A DNA stretch of 64,000 nt, from contig OZ252239.1 in the NCBI GenBank assembly GCA_965249485.1, positions 2,208,001 through 2,272,000 of the forward strand, read 5' to 3'. Positions 1 through 9,509 of the stretch are shown here, piece after piece. The notes beneath the pieces were generated by a model that was given only the letters and a program-made list of their open reading frames with translations, was not told the origin of the DNA and did no database searches. Position numbers and translations under genes: made by a program. The DNA is from a bacterium. Lineage in GTDB: Bacteria; SM23-31. Position 1 is the first letter of the stretch. Every line of letters begins with the position of its first letter.

Positions 1-2583
1 GCGCATTACTGGGCGGGTGAGAGCTTTTTTGCTATGCAGGACTTTTCTGCGGCAGCAAGCCAATACCGTGCAGTGATAAATGACGAGCAGGGTTCGGCGT
101 CCCGTGAGTATGCATATTACTCGCTCGGCTGGACAATGCTTGAGATGAAGAATTATCCCGAGACAATTGATGCTTTTGAAACACTGATCTCCGAATTTCC
201 TCAAAGTGCACTTGTTCCTGAATCAATATTTAAACTTGGTGAAGCTTATTATTTTGATAAGCAATATATGAAGGCTGTCAATAATTTGACTGGTATCATC
301 GAGCACGACGCTAACCGGGATTATAAAGCTGCCGGACTTTATTTCATCGGTGATTCATATTATATCCAGGGTAACTATGATGATGCCAGAGCCTATCTGA
401 TCCGGGTTATTGAAGAGTTCAGGGATTCCCGGTTTGCAAGTGAAGCTTCAATTGCATTAGGGTTGATCTATATGCAAGAGGAAAATTTTACAGAAGCTGC
501 TCTGGTATTTCAGCAGCTTGTGGAAAGCGGTGCCGGACAATCAAACGATTATGCTCAATATCTTTGGGGAATAGCACTTAGGAAATCGGGAGAGATGCAA
601 AGCGGTACAGAAGTATTATCGAATCTGATAGAAAATATCCCGGACAGTAGATTCCTCGACAAAGCTCTTTATGAAATCGGCAGCGATTATTTTGATGCAG
701 GAAATTATCAGGATTCGTATGTGCGATTTAGAAGGATCATTGATAATTATCCTGAAAGCGAGATATTCACTCAGGCAAAGAAAATGACCGGTGAATCGCT
801 TCGAGAAATGGGGAGGTATGTCGACGCCGAACCGATTTATCGTGAGCTTTTAGCAGTTTCGGATAAATCGATTTCTTCCTGGAGCCACTATCAACTCGGC
901 TGGTGCCAGTATAAGGGTGAAAACTATGATGTGGCTTTAGAAACCCTTTCTGCATTCATAAAAGAATATCCGGATCATGAACTTGCAGATGACGGTCTTT
1001 TCATAATTGGCGAGATTCATTATACGACCGGGAACTATTCAGATGCGATTATTGCAACGACCAATTTAATGCTGGGACACAGTGACTCTTATAAAAGGCT
1101 CGATGCTCTCTATACTCGGGCATACTCCAAGTTTTTACTCAATAATTATGAAGAATCTGCAAAGGATTTTTCCGCTGTATTACAGCAATATCCGAACAGT
1201 CGCTATGAATTGAGTTCTACTTTCAGACTTGCAGACAGCAGATACATGGTTAAACAATATAATGATGCCCTACTTCTTTACAAAAGAGTGTCAACAACTG
1301 CCAATGATTTAGGAGAAAAACTGCTTGCGCAATATCAAGAAGCCCAAACACTCATGCGTCTTGACAGATTTGAAGAATCTGTAAATGTGTTTCGTGCTCT
1401 CTTTACCAACACACCAGATTCGCAATATGCTGATGATGCATATTATTATATGGCAAGCATGATTTCAAATCAGATGAATAACAATGAACAGGCATTGCAA
1501 GAGTTTAGGACATTTATTGGGAGATATCCCGAGTCGGAATTCATCGATGATGCATACTTTGAGATTGGTAATATCTATTATAATCAGCAAAATTATATCG
1601 AATCAATCCAAAATTATACAAATATTCTTGATCTCTTTCCTGAAAGTAATCTTTTAGGTGATGCTCTTGTCGGTATTCAAGATAGCTATAAAATCCTTGG
1701 AGAACTTGATAAAGCGGTGGAAGTTGCTGAATCGTTTGTTGCTCGGAACACTGAAAATGCCCAAGCAGATAATTTGCTGCTGAATAATGCCGATTTTTAT
1801 CTCGCTGCGGAAGAATACGGTAAAGCAATTACCCAATATGAAAAACTGATTATCAGTTTTCCTCAGAGTGAGCTTGTTCCGAATGCCAATTTCGGAATCG
1901 GAACTGCGACACTGCGTTCTGGAAATGAACTGGGGGCAATTGAGCATTTCTGGCGAATTGGACAGCAATATCCGAATAATACATTGGCTCCCAGATCACT
2001 TTTAGAGATTGGAGCGATCTACTACAATAATGACAACTACGAGCAGGCAGAAAGGATATATCAACAGGTAAGAAAAAACTATCCAATATCAACAGAAGTT
2101 GGGAAAGCACTACTTGAGCTTGCTAAAACGCAGGAAGAACTTCAATTAAATGACCGGGCAGGAGCGAATTATAATGAAGTTATAACGCAGTATTCCGATA
2201 ATGTTATCGCTGATGAAGCGCGAATCAATTATGGAAAGCTGCTCATGAATCAGGGTTCTTATGATCAGGCACTGTCACTTTTTGACCAGGTTATTGCACG
2301 GCGCACCAATGAACTTGCAGCAGAAGCACAATATTATACCGGACAGGTATATAGCCTTCAAGGCGATTTTCAATCGGCATATGAGAAACTGAGTGCAGTA
2401 CGAGTATTATATCCAGCATATGACATTTGGGTAACCCGGGCAACGCTCGATGCGGCGAAAAGCAAAATAGAACTGCAACACTTTTCAGATGCAGAACGTC
2501 TCTTTCAAATTGTGCTCGAACGGCATCCTGAAGATGATTATGGCCGACAAGCACGTGAAGGTCTTGACCGGATACCGGAATAA
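1..2583 (+). CDS. Large tetratricopeptide-repeat protein (CpoB/BamD-like repeats), 5'-truncated by the window edge
   Basis: Frame is open from base 1 (AHYWAGESFFAMQ...). Many TPR-like repeats with A.Y..G and YP.S motifs. Confidence 0.9.
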   Translation, partial: AHYWAGESFFAMQDFSAAASQYRAVINDEQGSASREYAYYSLGWTMLEMKNYPETIDAFETLISEFPQSALVPESIFKLGEAYYFDKQYMKAVNNLTGIIEHDANRDYKAAGLYFIGDSYYIQGNYDDARAYLIRVIEEFRDSRFASEASIALGLIYMQEENFTEAALVFQQLVESGAGQSNDYAQYLWGIALRKSGEMQSGTEVLSNLIENIPDSRFLDKALYEIGSDYFDAGNYQDSYVRFRRIIDNYPESEIFTQAKKMTGESLREMGRYVDAEPIYRELLAVSDKSISSWSHYQLGWCQYKGENYDVALETLSAFIKEYPDHELADDGLFIIGEIHYTTGNYSDAIIATTNLMLGHSDSYKRLDALYTRAYSKFLLNNYEESAKDFSAVLQQYPNSRYELSSTFRLADSRYMVKQYNDALLLYKRVSTTANDLGEKLLAQYQEAQTLMRLDRFEESVNVFRALFTNTPDSQYADDAYYYMASMISNQMNNNEQALQEFRTFIGRYPESEFIDDAYFEIGNIYYNQQNYIESIQNYTNILDLFPESNLLGDALVGIQDSYKILGELDKAVEVAESFVARNTENAQADNLLLNNADFYLAAEEYGKAITQYEKLIISFPQSELVPNANFGIGTATLRSGNELGAIEHFWRIGQQYPNNTLAPRSLLEIGAIYYNNDNYEQAERIYQQVRKNYPISTEVGKALLELAKTQEELQLNDRAGANYNEVITQYSDNVIADEARINYGKLLMNQGSYDQALSLFDQVIARRTNELAAEAQYYTGQVYSLQGDFQSAYEKLSAVRVLYPAYDIWVTRATLDAAKSKIELQHFSDAERLFQIVLERHPEDDYGRQAREGLDRIPE

Positions 2584-2628
2584 AGGAACAACATAATTCA
2601 ATTTTTGGATGGGGTGAGGATTCAAGAA

Positions 2629-4410
2629 ATGAAAATGATACGCAATATGAGCTTGTTGGTAATGATGATTTGTATTATTCAAATCAACAATGCCTTTGCG
2701 CAAAAACGAGTGCCGACTCCGCAGGGTCTAACAAGGCCGGACAGTACCACTGTTCAGGAACAGCAGCCGGATCAATCATCTCCGTTGCCATCGCTTGATC
2801 TTAAAGAATACACAATTCTTGGCAAGGAAAAAATTCAAGTACTTCCCTCTCAACGGACAGATGTCGAACTGCAGGATGTGACTGCGCGGGAGAGATTAGC
2901 AGAAATTGAAAATAGAGAAGCATATAATCCTCCAGGCGCAGGAGGGGATAAGTCCAAAGGATTATTTGATGCTCCTTTGGCTGGAGTAGTAAATGAAGTT
3001 TACGGTTCATTCGGTAAGTATACCGACATTAATGCCGGCCTGAAAATGAGAAAACAATTCAGAGACGAGGAGTTTTTCGGAGATATAGATTTTAGAAAAA
3101 GTAATGGGCATATTAATAACGCTGAATATTCTGATTGGACTGGTTCAATAGCAAATATTCACAATTATTCCGAGAATCTACAGAACAGAACAGAAGTAAA
3201 ACTCAACGCTCATGAATACAGATTCTTTGGGTCGCCAGTTTTGCCTGAAAGAGAAAAAAAAGGATATGTCCTTGATGGCGCTTCTTTACTTCAGATTTCG
3301 AAATTTGATCCCGTTGATATACGAATAGAGATTGGAGGCAGATATAACAATCCTGATGAGACCAAGCTATTCAATTGGGACGCATGGTCCCGGCTCAACT
3401 TTGATGCTGTAGTACATTCGACATTAATCAGTGGATTAGTTGAACACAGTACCGACAGGATAAAAGATGGAGCTCAGGATAACGCTCCGCTGAATGAATT
3501 AAATTATACGAAAGCGCAGGTAACTATTGCCCGGTTGATATCACCGCGATTGCATGTGCGCGTTGGCGGTACTTATTTCAATTACAGGAGTGAAAGTGCT
3601 GATCCCGCATTTGAAATTTTTGAAGATAACACTATTATATTCACGGAGAGGGTTCTTGTTGAAAGAAAGGACAATAAATTTTACCCGCTGGCTTCATTAA
3701 CTTATGATTTAGAAGAAGCGGGTAGATTTTTTGTGGAATTTGAACCAAGTGTTGCGACTACTTCGCTTGTTGATAAATTAAATTTCAATCCTTATCTCGA
3801 TATCAGTACTCCTTTGTCCCATGAAGTCACTACGCAAAATTTTAAAGTGGGTTGGCGCCGCTCATATGCATACGATCTGGCGTTTGAATTAATCTATAAT
3901 GACAGGCGGCTTGAGAATTACGGATTTCTTGTGGAGAACGGGCTTGGACTGAGTCTCCAGCCGGATGGGCAATGGACCTACTTGTATGATAACAAAATCG
4001 ATATTAATGAGTACAGTGGACTGGTAAACTGGAATCCAAATCCCAGATTCAATGCTTTGTTGTCAGCCCGGCTGATGGACATTACGATTGTTGAGAGTCA
4101 ATTCCCCGATAACGTACCATACCTTCCCGAAGTAGTTTTTGATTATTCCATGCAGTATACTCCCGGTTATGGATTTCAATTCATTGTCGACGGTCAATAT
4201 GTCGGAAAACGGTACGCACATCCAATCAATTATGACAATACTAAATTAGACGGATACTTTATTGCTAATGTAACAATCAGTAAACGGTGGAGTAAATTGC
4301 TGGGGAGTTATCTGTATTTTGCTAACTTGCTTAATGAAGATTATGAAATCTGGAGAGATTATCAGGCTCCCGATTTTAACGGTCGAGCTGGATTGCGGTT
4401 ATTCTGGTAA
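2629..4410 (+). CDS. Outer-membrane beta-barrel, TonB-dependent receptor-like
   Basis: Signal peptide (NAFA|Q), alternating beta-strand patterns, C-terminal FANLLNEDY...GLRLFW. Lies upstream of exbB/exbD/tonB. ATG 2629 after GAGGA is preferred over the TTG 2605 of the ORF track. Confidence 0.75.
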   Translation: MKMIRNMSLLVMMICIIQINNAFAQKRVPTPQGLTRPDSTTVQEQQPDQSSPLPSLDLKEYTILGKEKIQVLPSQRTDVELQDVTARERLAEIENREAYNPPGAGGDKSKGLFDAPLAGVVNEVYGSFGKYTDINAGLKMRKQFRDEEFFGDIDFRKSNGHINNAEYSDWTGSIANIHNYSENLQNRTEVKLNAHEYRFFGSPVLPEREKKGYVLDGASLLQISKFDPVDIRIEIGGRYNNPDETKLFNWDAWSRLNFDAVVHSTLISGLVEHSTDRIKDGAQDNAPLNELNYTKAQVTIARLISPRLHVRVGGTYFNYRSESADPAFEIFEDNTIIFTERVLVERKDNKFYPLASLTYDLEEAGRFFVEFEPSVATTSLVDKLNFNPYLDISTPLSHEVTTQNFKVGWRRSYAYDLAFELIYNDRRLENYGFLVENGLGLSLQPDGQWTYLYDNKIDINEYSGLVNWNPNPRFNALLSARLMDITIVESQFPDNVPYLPEVVFDYSMQYTPGYGFQFIVDGQYVGKRYAHPINYDNTKLDGYFIANVTISKRWSKLLGSYLYFANLLNEDYEIWRDYQAPDFNGRAGLRLFW

Positions 4411-4437
4411 CACCAGTAACATAGATATTCATTTCAA

Positions 4438-4466
4438 TTGACACACTAAAATCCCTTGACCATATT
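4438..4466 (+). promoter_or_regulatory. Putative sigma70 promoter for exbB
   Basis: TTGACA-17 nt-CATATT, then AAGGAG SD before ATG 4482. Confidence 0.45.
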
Positions 4467-4481
4467 CTGTAAGGAGATCAA

Positions 4482-5120
4482 ATGAATCTGGTGGAAATTA
4501 TTGCAAAAGGCGGCTGGCTGATGGTTCCGATCATTCTCTGCTCGCTCATCGCCGCTTTCGTTATTGTAAACCGGTTTTTGGTGCTACAAAAATCGAAATC
4601 GAATACGAATCAGCTTATTATGAAGATTAAGTCTCTCGTGCTTAAAGGCGCTAAAAAAGAGGCGATTGATCTCTGTTCAAATACATCCGGTCCGGCTGCG
4701 TATGTGCTGAAAGAGGGATTGATCAGATCGGAAAAAAGTAAAGAAGAAATTCAGAGTGCAATCGAGTCTGCGGGAAAAGAACAAATTTATTATCTTGAGC
4801 GGCATCTTGGAATATTGGCAACAATTGCTGGAGTTGCACCGCTCATCGGCTTTCTCGGTACGGTAACCGGGATGATTGAAGCTTTTATGGAAATCGAACG
4901 TCTTAGCGGAAATGTCAATGCGACTGTTCTTGCGGGAGGAATCTGGGTAGCCCTGATGACAACAGCTGCTGGTCTCATCGTTGGTATCCCGACCTATATT
5001 TTTTATAATTATCTCGTAAGCAGGGTTGGACGAATTGTCTTCGATATTGAAGGAAGTTCAAATGAACTTCTTGAACTGTTAAGCGATGAAAAAGTCCCGG
5101 CAAGAACATTTGGAGATTAA
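4482..5120 (+). CDS. exbB: MotA/TolQ/ExbB proton channel protein
   Basis: APLIGFLGTVTGMI...GIWVALMTTAAGLIVGIP signature and three TM segments. Confidence 0.9.
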   Translation: MNLVEIIAKGGWLMVPIILCSLIAAFVIVNRFLVLQKSKSNTNQLIMKIKSLVLKGAKKEAIDLCSNTSGPAAYVLKEGLIRSEKSKEEIQSAIESAGKEQIYYLERHLGILATIAGVAPLIGFLGTVTGMIEAFMEIERLSGNVNATVLAGGIWVALMTTAAGLIVGIPTYIFYNYLVSRVGRIVFDIEGSSNELLELLSDEKVPARTFGD

Positions 5121-5124
5121 AGCT

Positions 5125-5529
5125 ATGAAATTTAAGACCGAAAGTAAATTGCTGGACACATTTTCATTTTCTTCTCTGACAGATATTGTTCTTCTCCTGC
5201 TGATATTTTTTCTTCTGTCGTCAACATTCATAGTACAACCGGGGATCAAAGTGCAATTACCGAAAGCGGAGAGTTCTGAAGAAGTGCTCGACAAAAGCAT
5301 AATTGTAACAATTGCCCCTAACGGTATGTATTACATCAATGATATGCAGGTAGTCATCTCTGAATTGGGAGCCAGATTAAATTCTATGGTGCGTGAATTT
5401 CCCAGCGAGATGGTAATAATTAAAGCCGATGAGTCAATTTCGACAGGCAGATTAGTAGAGGTGATGGATATTTGCCTGAAAGCAGGGCTGAGCAGATTTT
5501 CAATCGCCACGGAGCCTTTCTATGGATAA
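5125..5529 (+). CDS. exbD: ExbD/TolR biopolymer transporter
   Basis: LTDIVLLLLIFFLLS TM with the conserved Asp, VQLPKA, IKAD...VMD. ATG 5125 follows GGAG (ORF track start 5086). Confidence 0.9.
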   Translation: MKFKTESKLLDTFSFSSLTDIVLLLLIFFLLSSTFIVQPGIKVQLPKAESSEEVLDKSIIVTIAPNGMYYINDMQVVISELGARLNSMVREFPSEMVIIKADESISTGRLVEVMDICLKAGLSRFSIATEPFYG

Positions 5530-6319
5530 GGATATAGGTCACAAAAAACTCTCGGCGGCCTCATGGATAGCATCGATCCTTTTTCACGTGATCCTGGGAC
5601 TGGCATTTCTTGCAGTGACTATTGATATGTCACCGATTATTCCTGAATTTGCGGAATTGACAATCACACGAATTGCTGCTGTCGAAAACAACCGAATCAT
5701 ACCGGATGTACCATCAGATTTTACAACACTACCGGCACCTGCCCCTGCCCAGGGAAGAAATACCCGGGTAGTTGATATTCCCACAAGGCGCATGACCGAA
5801 TTGGAACAGGAGACTATTCCCCTTACACGACAGGATAAAATTCAGGTTGAGGAATCCCAGATTGCCGGAGCAGAAAAGATTGATCCAATCCGGGGGATTA
5901 CTCGTGAGCCGGGTACAAGCGCAGCTCCAGCGGCTATAACGGATCGCCGGCAGGCAGGAGCAGGAAATATAGATATTGGCCAGAAAACCTTATCACCCTT
6001 ATCTTCCGAAGGAGTTGTCGGTGATATTCCATATTCTGTTCCATACGAAATTACTTGGGAAGGCGGCGTGAGAGAGATTTTAGCAGAAATGCTCCCGAGC
6101 TTCCCGGAAAACATAGCAAAAGAGGTCACTCTGACGTTTCGGATAGCTGTTCTTCCGGACGGCTCGGTTCAGGAAATTACCACCCTCAAAAAGGGTGAAG
6201 CAACGCTTGAATCAGTAACGCGTCAGGCGCTCAAGCAATGGCTCTTTAATCCTCTTGAACAAAGTGCTCCAAAGGAGACTCAATTCGGCACAATTACCAT
6301 CAGGTTTGTGTTACAATAA
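5522..6319 (+). CDS. tonB: TonB-like energy transducer
   Basis: N-terminal TM with SxxxH (SILFH), Pro/Ala-rich linker, C-terminal TonB_C-like domain (PDGSV...ALKQWLFNP...ITIRF). Confidence 0.75.
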   Translation: MDKDIGHKKLSAASWIASILFHVILGLAFLAVTIDMSPIIPEFAELTITRIAAVENNRIIPDVPSDFTTLPAPAPAQGRNTRVVDIPTRRMTELEQETIPLTRQDKIQVEESQIAGAEKIDPIRGITREPGTSAAPAAITDRRQAGAGNIDIGQKTLSPLSSEGVVGDIPYSVPYEITWEGGVREILAEMLPSFPENIAKEVTLTFRIAVLPDGSVQEITTLKKGEATLESVTRQALKQWLFNPLEQSAPKETQFGTITIRFVLQ

Positions 6320-6370
6320 CATATTTATTAATTGTGAATGTATTTCTGTTAATTGCAATGAAAGATACCA

Positions 6371-7408
6371 ATGTCTAAATTTATAAATAATCTAGTTTCT
6401 GCAGGATTGATTTTGGTCTCAATAAATCTGTTTGTTGCGCAAGCTAATGCTCAGAATGGAACTTCCCTTGACGATACCAAAAATTATATCATAGCTGAAG
6501 GGCTCGAATTAGTTTATTCAGCCCACTATGATGAGGCAATACAGTACTTTAAAAAACTTGATGAAATTGATCCCGAGAGTGCCGAAGACATTTTTTTTGA
6601 AGCTTTTGTGCTTGAGTTGATAATGGATGTATACCGATCTCAGGCATTTGATGACAGCCTGACAAATGTTCTTGAGCGGGCATTGACAAAAGCAATTAAC
6701 GCTGTTGAAGTCAATTCATCTGCACGAAATTATATGTTTCTTGGAGGTGTATATGGTGTGCGGGGAGTACGGAAAGGTATTTTGGGTCAATGGTATGGTT
6801 CTGCGCGCGATGGTATGAAAGCGAACGGGAATCTGGAAAAATCGTTAGAACGGGATGATTCACTGTTTGATTGTTATTATGGTATCGGATCCTATCATTA
6901 TTGGAAAACAAAAAAACTGAAAAGGTTTTTTGGTTTTTTTATTTCGGATTTAAGGGATCAAGGTATAGATGAAATAAAACGCTCAATCGAAAATGGGATA
7001 TTTGCAGAAACACCAGGTCAAATGGCACTTTTTAGAATTCATATTGAGGAAAATCGGTATAATGAAGTCATTGAATTAGCGGCACAGGTACTCAAAAGAA
7101 CTCCCAATCATTTGTTCCCGCGGTGGTATCTCGGTATTGCATTGATTCGGACAAAACAGTGGGAACGAGCGCAAGGAAACTACGAAATTCTCAGGAATAA
7201 ACTTAGTGATATCGACTTTCGTGGCATTGAAGCGGATATCGAAGCGCTATATTATTTGGGTCTCAGCTACTACAATCTTGGAAAATGGGAAAAAGCAAAA
7301 GAATTGCTCCAGCAGATTCCTCAGCATGAGGGTAAAGTGAATAAAAACCTTTTTTATTACGGTGATTATATTAAGGAAAGTAAGAAGCTTCTCAAAAAAA
7401 TAGGCTAA
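6371..7408 (+). CDS. Secreted TPR protein
   Basis: Signal peptide (ANA|Q) and TPR-like helices (ALYYLGLSYYNLGKWEKAKELL). Confidence 0.75.
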   Translation: MSKFINNLVSAGLILVSINLFVAQANAQNGTSLDDTKNYIIAEGLELVYSAHYDEAIQYFKKLDEIDPESAEDIFFEAFVLELIMDVYRSQAFDDSLTNVLERALTKAINAVEVNSSARNYMFLGGVYGVRGVRKGILGQWYGSARDGMKANGNLEKSLERDDSLFDCYYGIGSYHYWKTKKLKRFFGFFISDLRDQGIDEIKRSIENGIFAETPGQMALFRIHIEENRYNEVIELAAQVLKRTPNHLFPRWYLGIALIRTKQWERAQGNYEILRNKLSDIDFRGIEADIEALYYLGLSYYNLGKWEKAKELLQQIPQHEGKVNKNLFYYGDYIKESKKLLKKIG

Positions 7409-7524
7409 TGTTTATAAGTCTGCCCCGCAATATGCACGTTTAGGTGATCGTGTAAATTCAATGCCCCATTTCTTATTTTATTGATAATTTTAGAATATAT
7501 TTGAATATCATAGTAAGTAACATT

Positions 7525-8598
7525 ATGTTTAATCAATTAATCGGACAAGATAAGGTTAAGCACTATTTTTCCAAAGCGCTTGATTCTGGAAAACTGCAGC
7601 AGTGCTATCTGCTACACGCTCCCGCAGGCGTGGGTAAAACAGCTGCCGTTCTTGATCTTGCACAGATAATAACCTGCCATAATACCGAATTTCGCCCATG
7701 TGGTGAGTGTGTCAGCTGTGTAAAATTTGTTACTATGGATCATCCAGATGTGTCGCTGTATTTCCCGGTACCTGGTTCTATAAAATCCGAGGAGGAACGC
7801 TCTTTGCGCCTATTGTTGGCGGCTGATCCTTACGCTAAATTAGAGATGCCAAAAAACGGTTCGCTTCATATAGAAATGGTCCGGAAATTGAAGCAGAAAC
7901 TTCGGCTTCAGTCATATCAGGGACAAGGAAGAGTTGTTATCTTGCTAAATTGTGAGTTGCTCACGCCTGATGCAGGAAATGCATTACTGAAAATCCTCGA
8001 AGAACCTCCGGGAGATGTCACATTTTTATTAACGACAACAATTATTGATAATGTGCTGGTTACCATACGCAGCCGGTGCCAGCCTATGCATATGTCATAT
8101 CTGTCATCCGAATGTATAACAGAAGCACTTTCAAAGCGTTTAAACATCGAAGCAAATCAGGCTGTCACCTATGCACAATTTTCAGGCGGAAGTTTTTCTC
8201 GTGCATTAGAATTTACACAAAAGGACTATTCAGTCATTAAGGACGCATGCAGTAATATCCTCGAAACATGTTTGACTGAAAATCAAGTAGAGATTATTGA
8301 GTTTACTGATCTTTTTATGAAAAAGTACGACGGTGCAGCGGTAAAATCTATTCTTGAACTCTTGATAGTAGTACTAAAGCAAATCTATGAGAATGCTTAC
8401 GCATCTCATAATGACAGAGAAGATCAAGTGCCGCTCATAGCAGTGCCATCTGTGTATAAAACATTAGCTTCTACTAAGACTGAAATTGCCATTCGTGCAA
8501 TTGAAAAATCTGTTGATTTGATAAACAAAAATGTGTACATTTATATGATTTTGCTCACCCTGTTTTTTAAACTGAACTCGGTGCATAACCATGAGTAA
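7525..8598 (+). CDS. holB: DNA polymerase III subunit delta'
   Basis: Walker-A-like APAGVGKT, Zn motif C..PCGECVSC, HPD, NALLKILEEPP, TIRSRC. ATG 7525 is in frame with the ORF-track TTG 7501. Confidence 0.9.
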   Translation: MFNQLIGQDKVKHYFSKALDSGKLQQCYLLHAPAGVGKTAAVLDLAQIITCHNTEFRPCGECVSCVKFVTMDHPDVSLYFPVPGSIKSEEERSLRLLLAADPYAKLEMPKNGSLHIEMVRKLKQKLRLQSYQGQGRVVILLNCELLTPDAGNALLKILEEPPGDVTFLLTTTIIDNVLVTIRSRCQPMHMSYLSSECITEALSKRLNIEANQAVTYAQFSGGSFSRALEFTQKDYSVIKDACSNILETCLTENQVEIIEFTDLFMKKYDGAAVKSILELLIVVLKQIYENAYASHNDREDQVPLIAVPSVYKTLASTKTEIAIRAIEKSVDLINKNVYIYMILLTLFFKLNSVHNHE

Positions 8599-9400
8599 AT
8601 ACTTAGAGATAGAATTCAAAGGCAAGCGTCTGAATAATTATGAATTATTGGAGGATCAGCCGTTTGAAATTCACGATTTTGTTGTTTTGGAATCCGATAA
8701 TGGTATAGATGTCGGAAGAATTCACCGGTTCCTGTGTGATATTTCTCCGTCTGCGAACAATGGAGATATATTTAAAATTCTTCGTAAAGCAACGGAACAG
8801 GACCTGGACAAGCTTAAAGAAAACAGACAAAGAGAAGAAGTAGCAAAACCGATTGCAAGACGTCTGTTTAAGAAGCACAATCTCGATATAAAGCTATCCG
8901 AAGTCGAATTTCAGCTTGATCGGAATAAAGTGACCTTTTATTTTACCTCGGATGAGCGTGTTGATTTTCGGGATTTGGTAAAAGAGTTAGCGCAGGAGTT
9001 TAAAGCACGTATAGAACTCAGGCAAATTAATTCGCGGGAAGCTGCCCGGAAAATTGGAGGATGCGGAGTCTGTGGATTAGAATTGTGCTGCACAACCTGT
9101 ATACTGCGGGACTTTAGCCCGATTTCTACGCAGAATGCAAAAGATCAGATGATGTCTGCCAATCCGTCAAAACTAACGGGTATGTGCGGAAGACTTCGCT
9201 GCTGCCTGCGGTATGAGCTTGAAATGTACAAAAGTGAACTCCAAAGATATCCGGAAATTGCAACAGAAATTAATACACCGGCCGGAAAGGCAATGATTGA
9301 TAAAATTGACATTTTCCATGAAAAAGTGTATTTAAGATTTCTTGATGGTAACTGCGAGCTCTTGCCGATGGAAGATGTTCAATTGTTGATGGCTAATTGA
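8591..9400 (+). CDS. ricT: PSP1-domain protein, RicT/YaaT family
   Basis: FYFTSDERVDFRDLVKELA, RIELRQI, GGCGVCGLELCC, GMCGRLRCCLRYE. Follows holB. Confidence 0.85.
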   Translation: MSKYLEIEFKGKRLNNYELLEDQPFEIHDFVVLESDNGIDVGRIHRFLCDISPSANNGDIFKILRKATEQDLDKLKENRQREEVAKPIARRLFKKHNLDIKLSEVEFQLDRNKVTFYFTSDERVDFRDLVKELAQEFKARIELRQINSREAARKIGGCGVCGLELCCTTCILRDFSPISTQNAKDQMMSANPSKLTGMCGRLRCCLRYELEMYKSELQRYPEIATEINTPAGKAMIDKIDIFHEKVYLRFLDGNCELLPMEDVQLLMAN

Positions 9401-9460
9401 CGAACAGGCACAATTTATTATTGATCTATAAACACGATAGTTTTTGCAATACAGTTTTGG

Positions 9461-9491
9461 GCCGGGCGCCATTTCGTTCGGCTTTTGTTTT
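9461..9491 (+). terminator. Possible intrinsic terminator hairpin upstream of metG
   Basis: GCCGGGCG-ccattt-CGTTCGGC (two G-U pairs) followed by TTTTGTTTT. Confidence 0.4.
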
Positions 9492-9509
9492 ACTACCCCT
9501 TGATATCGC

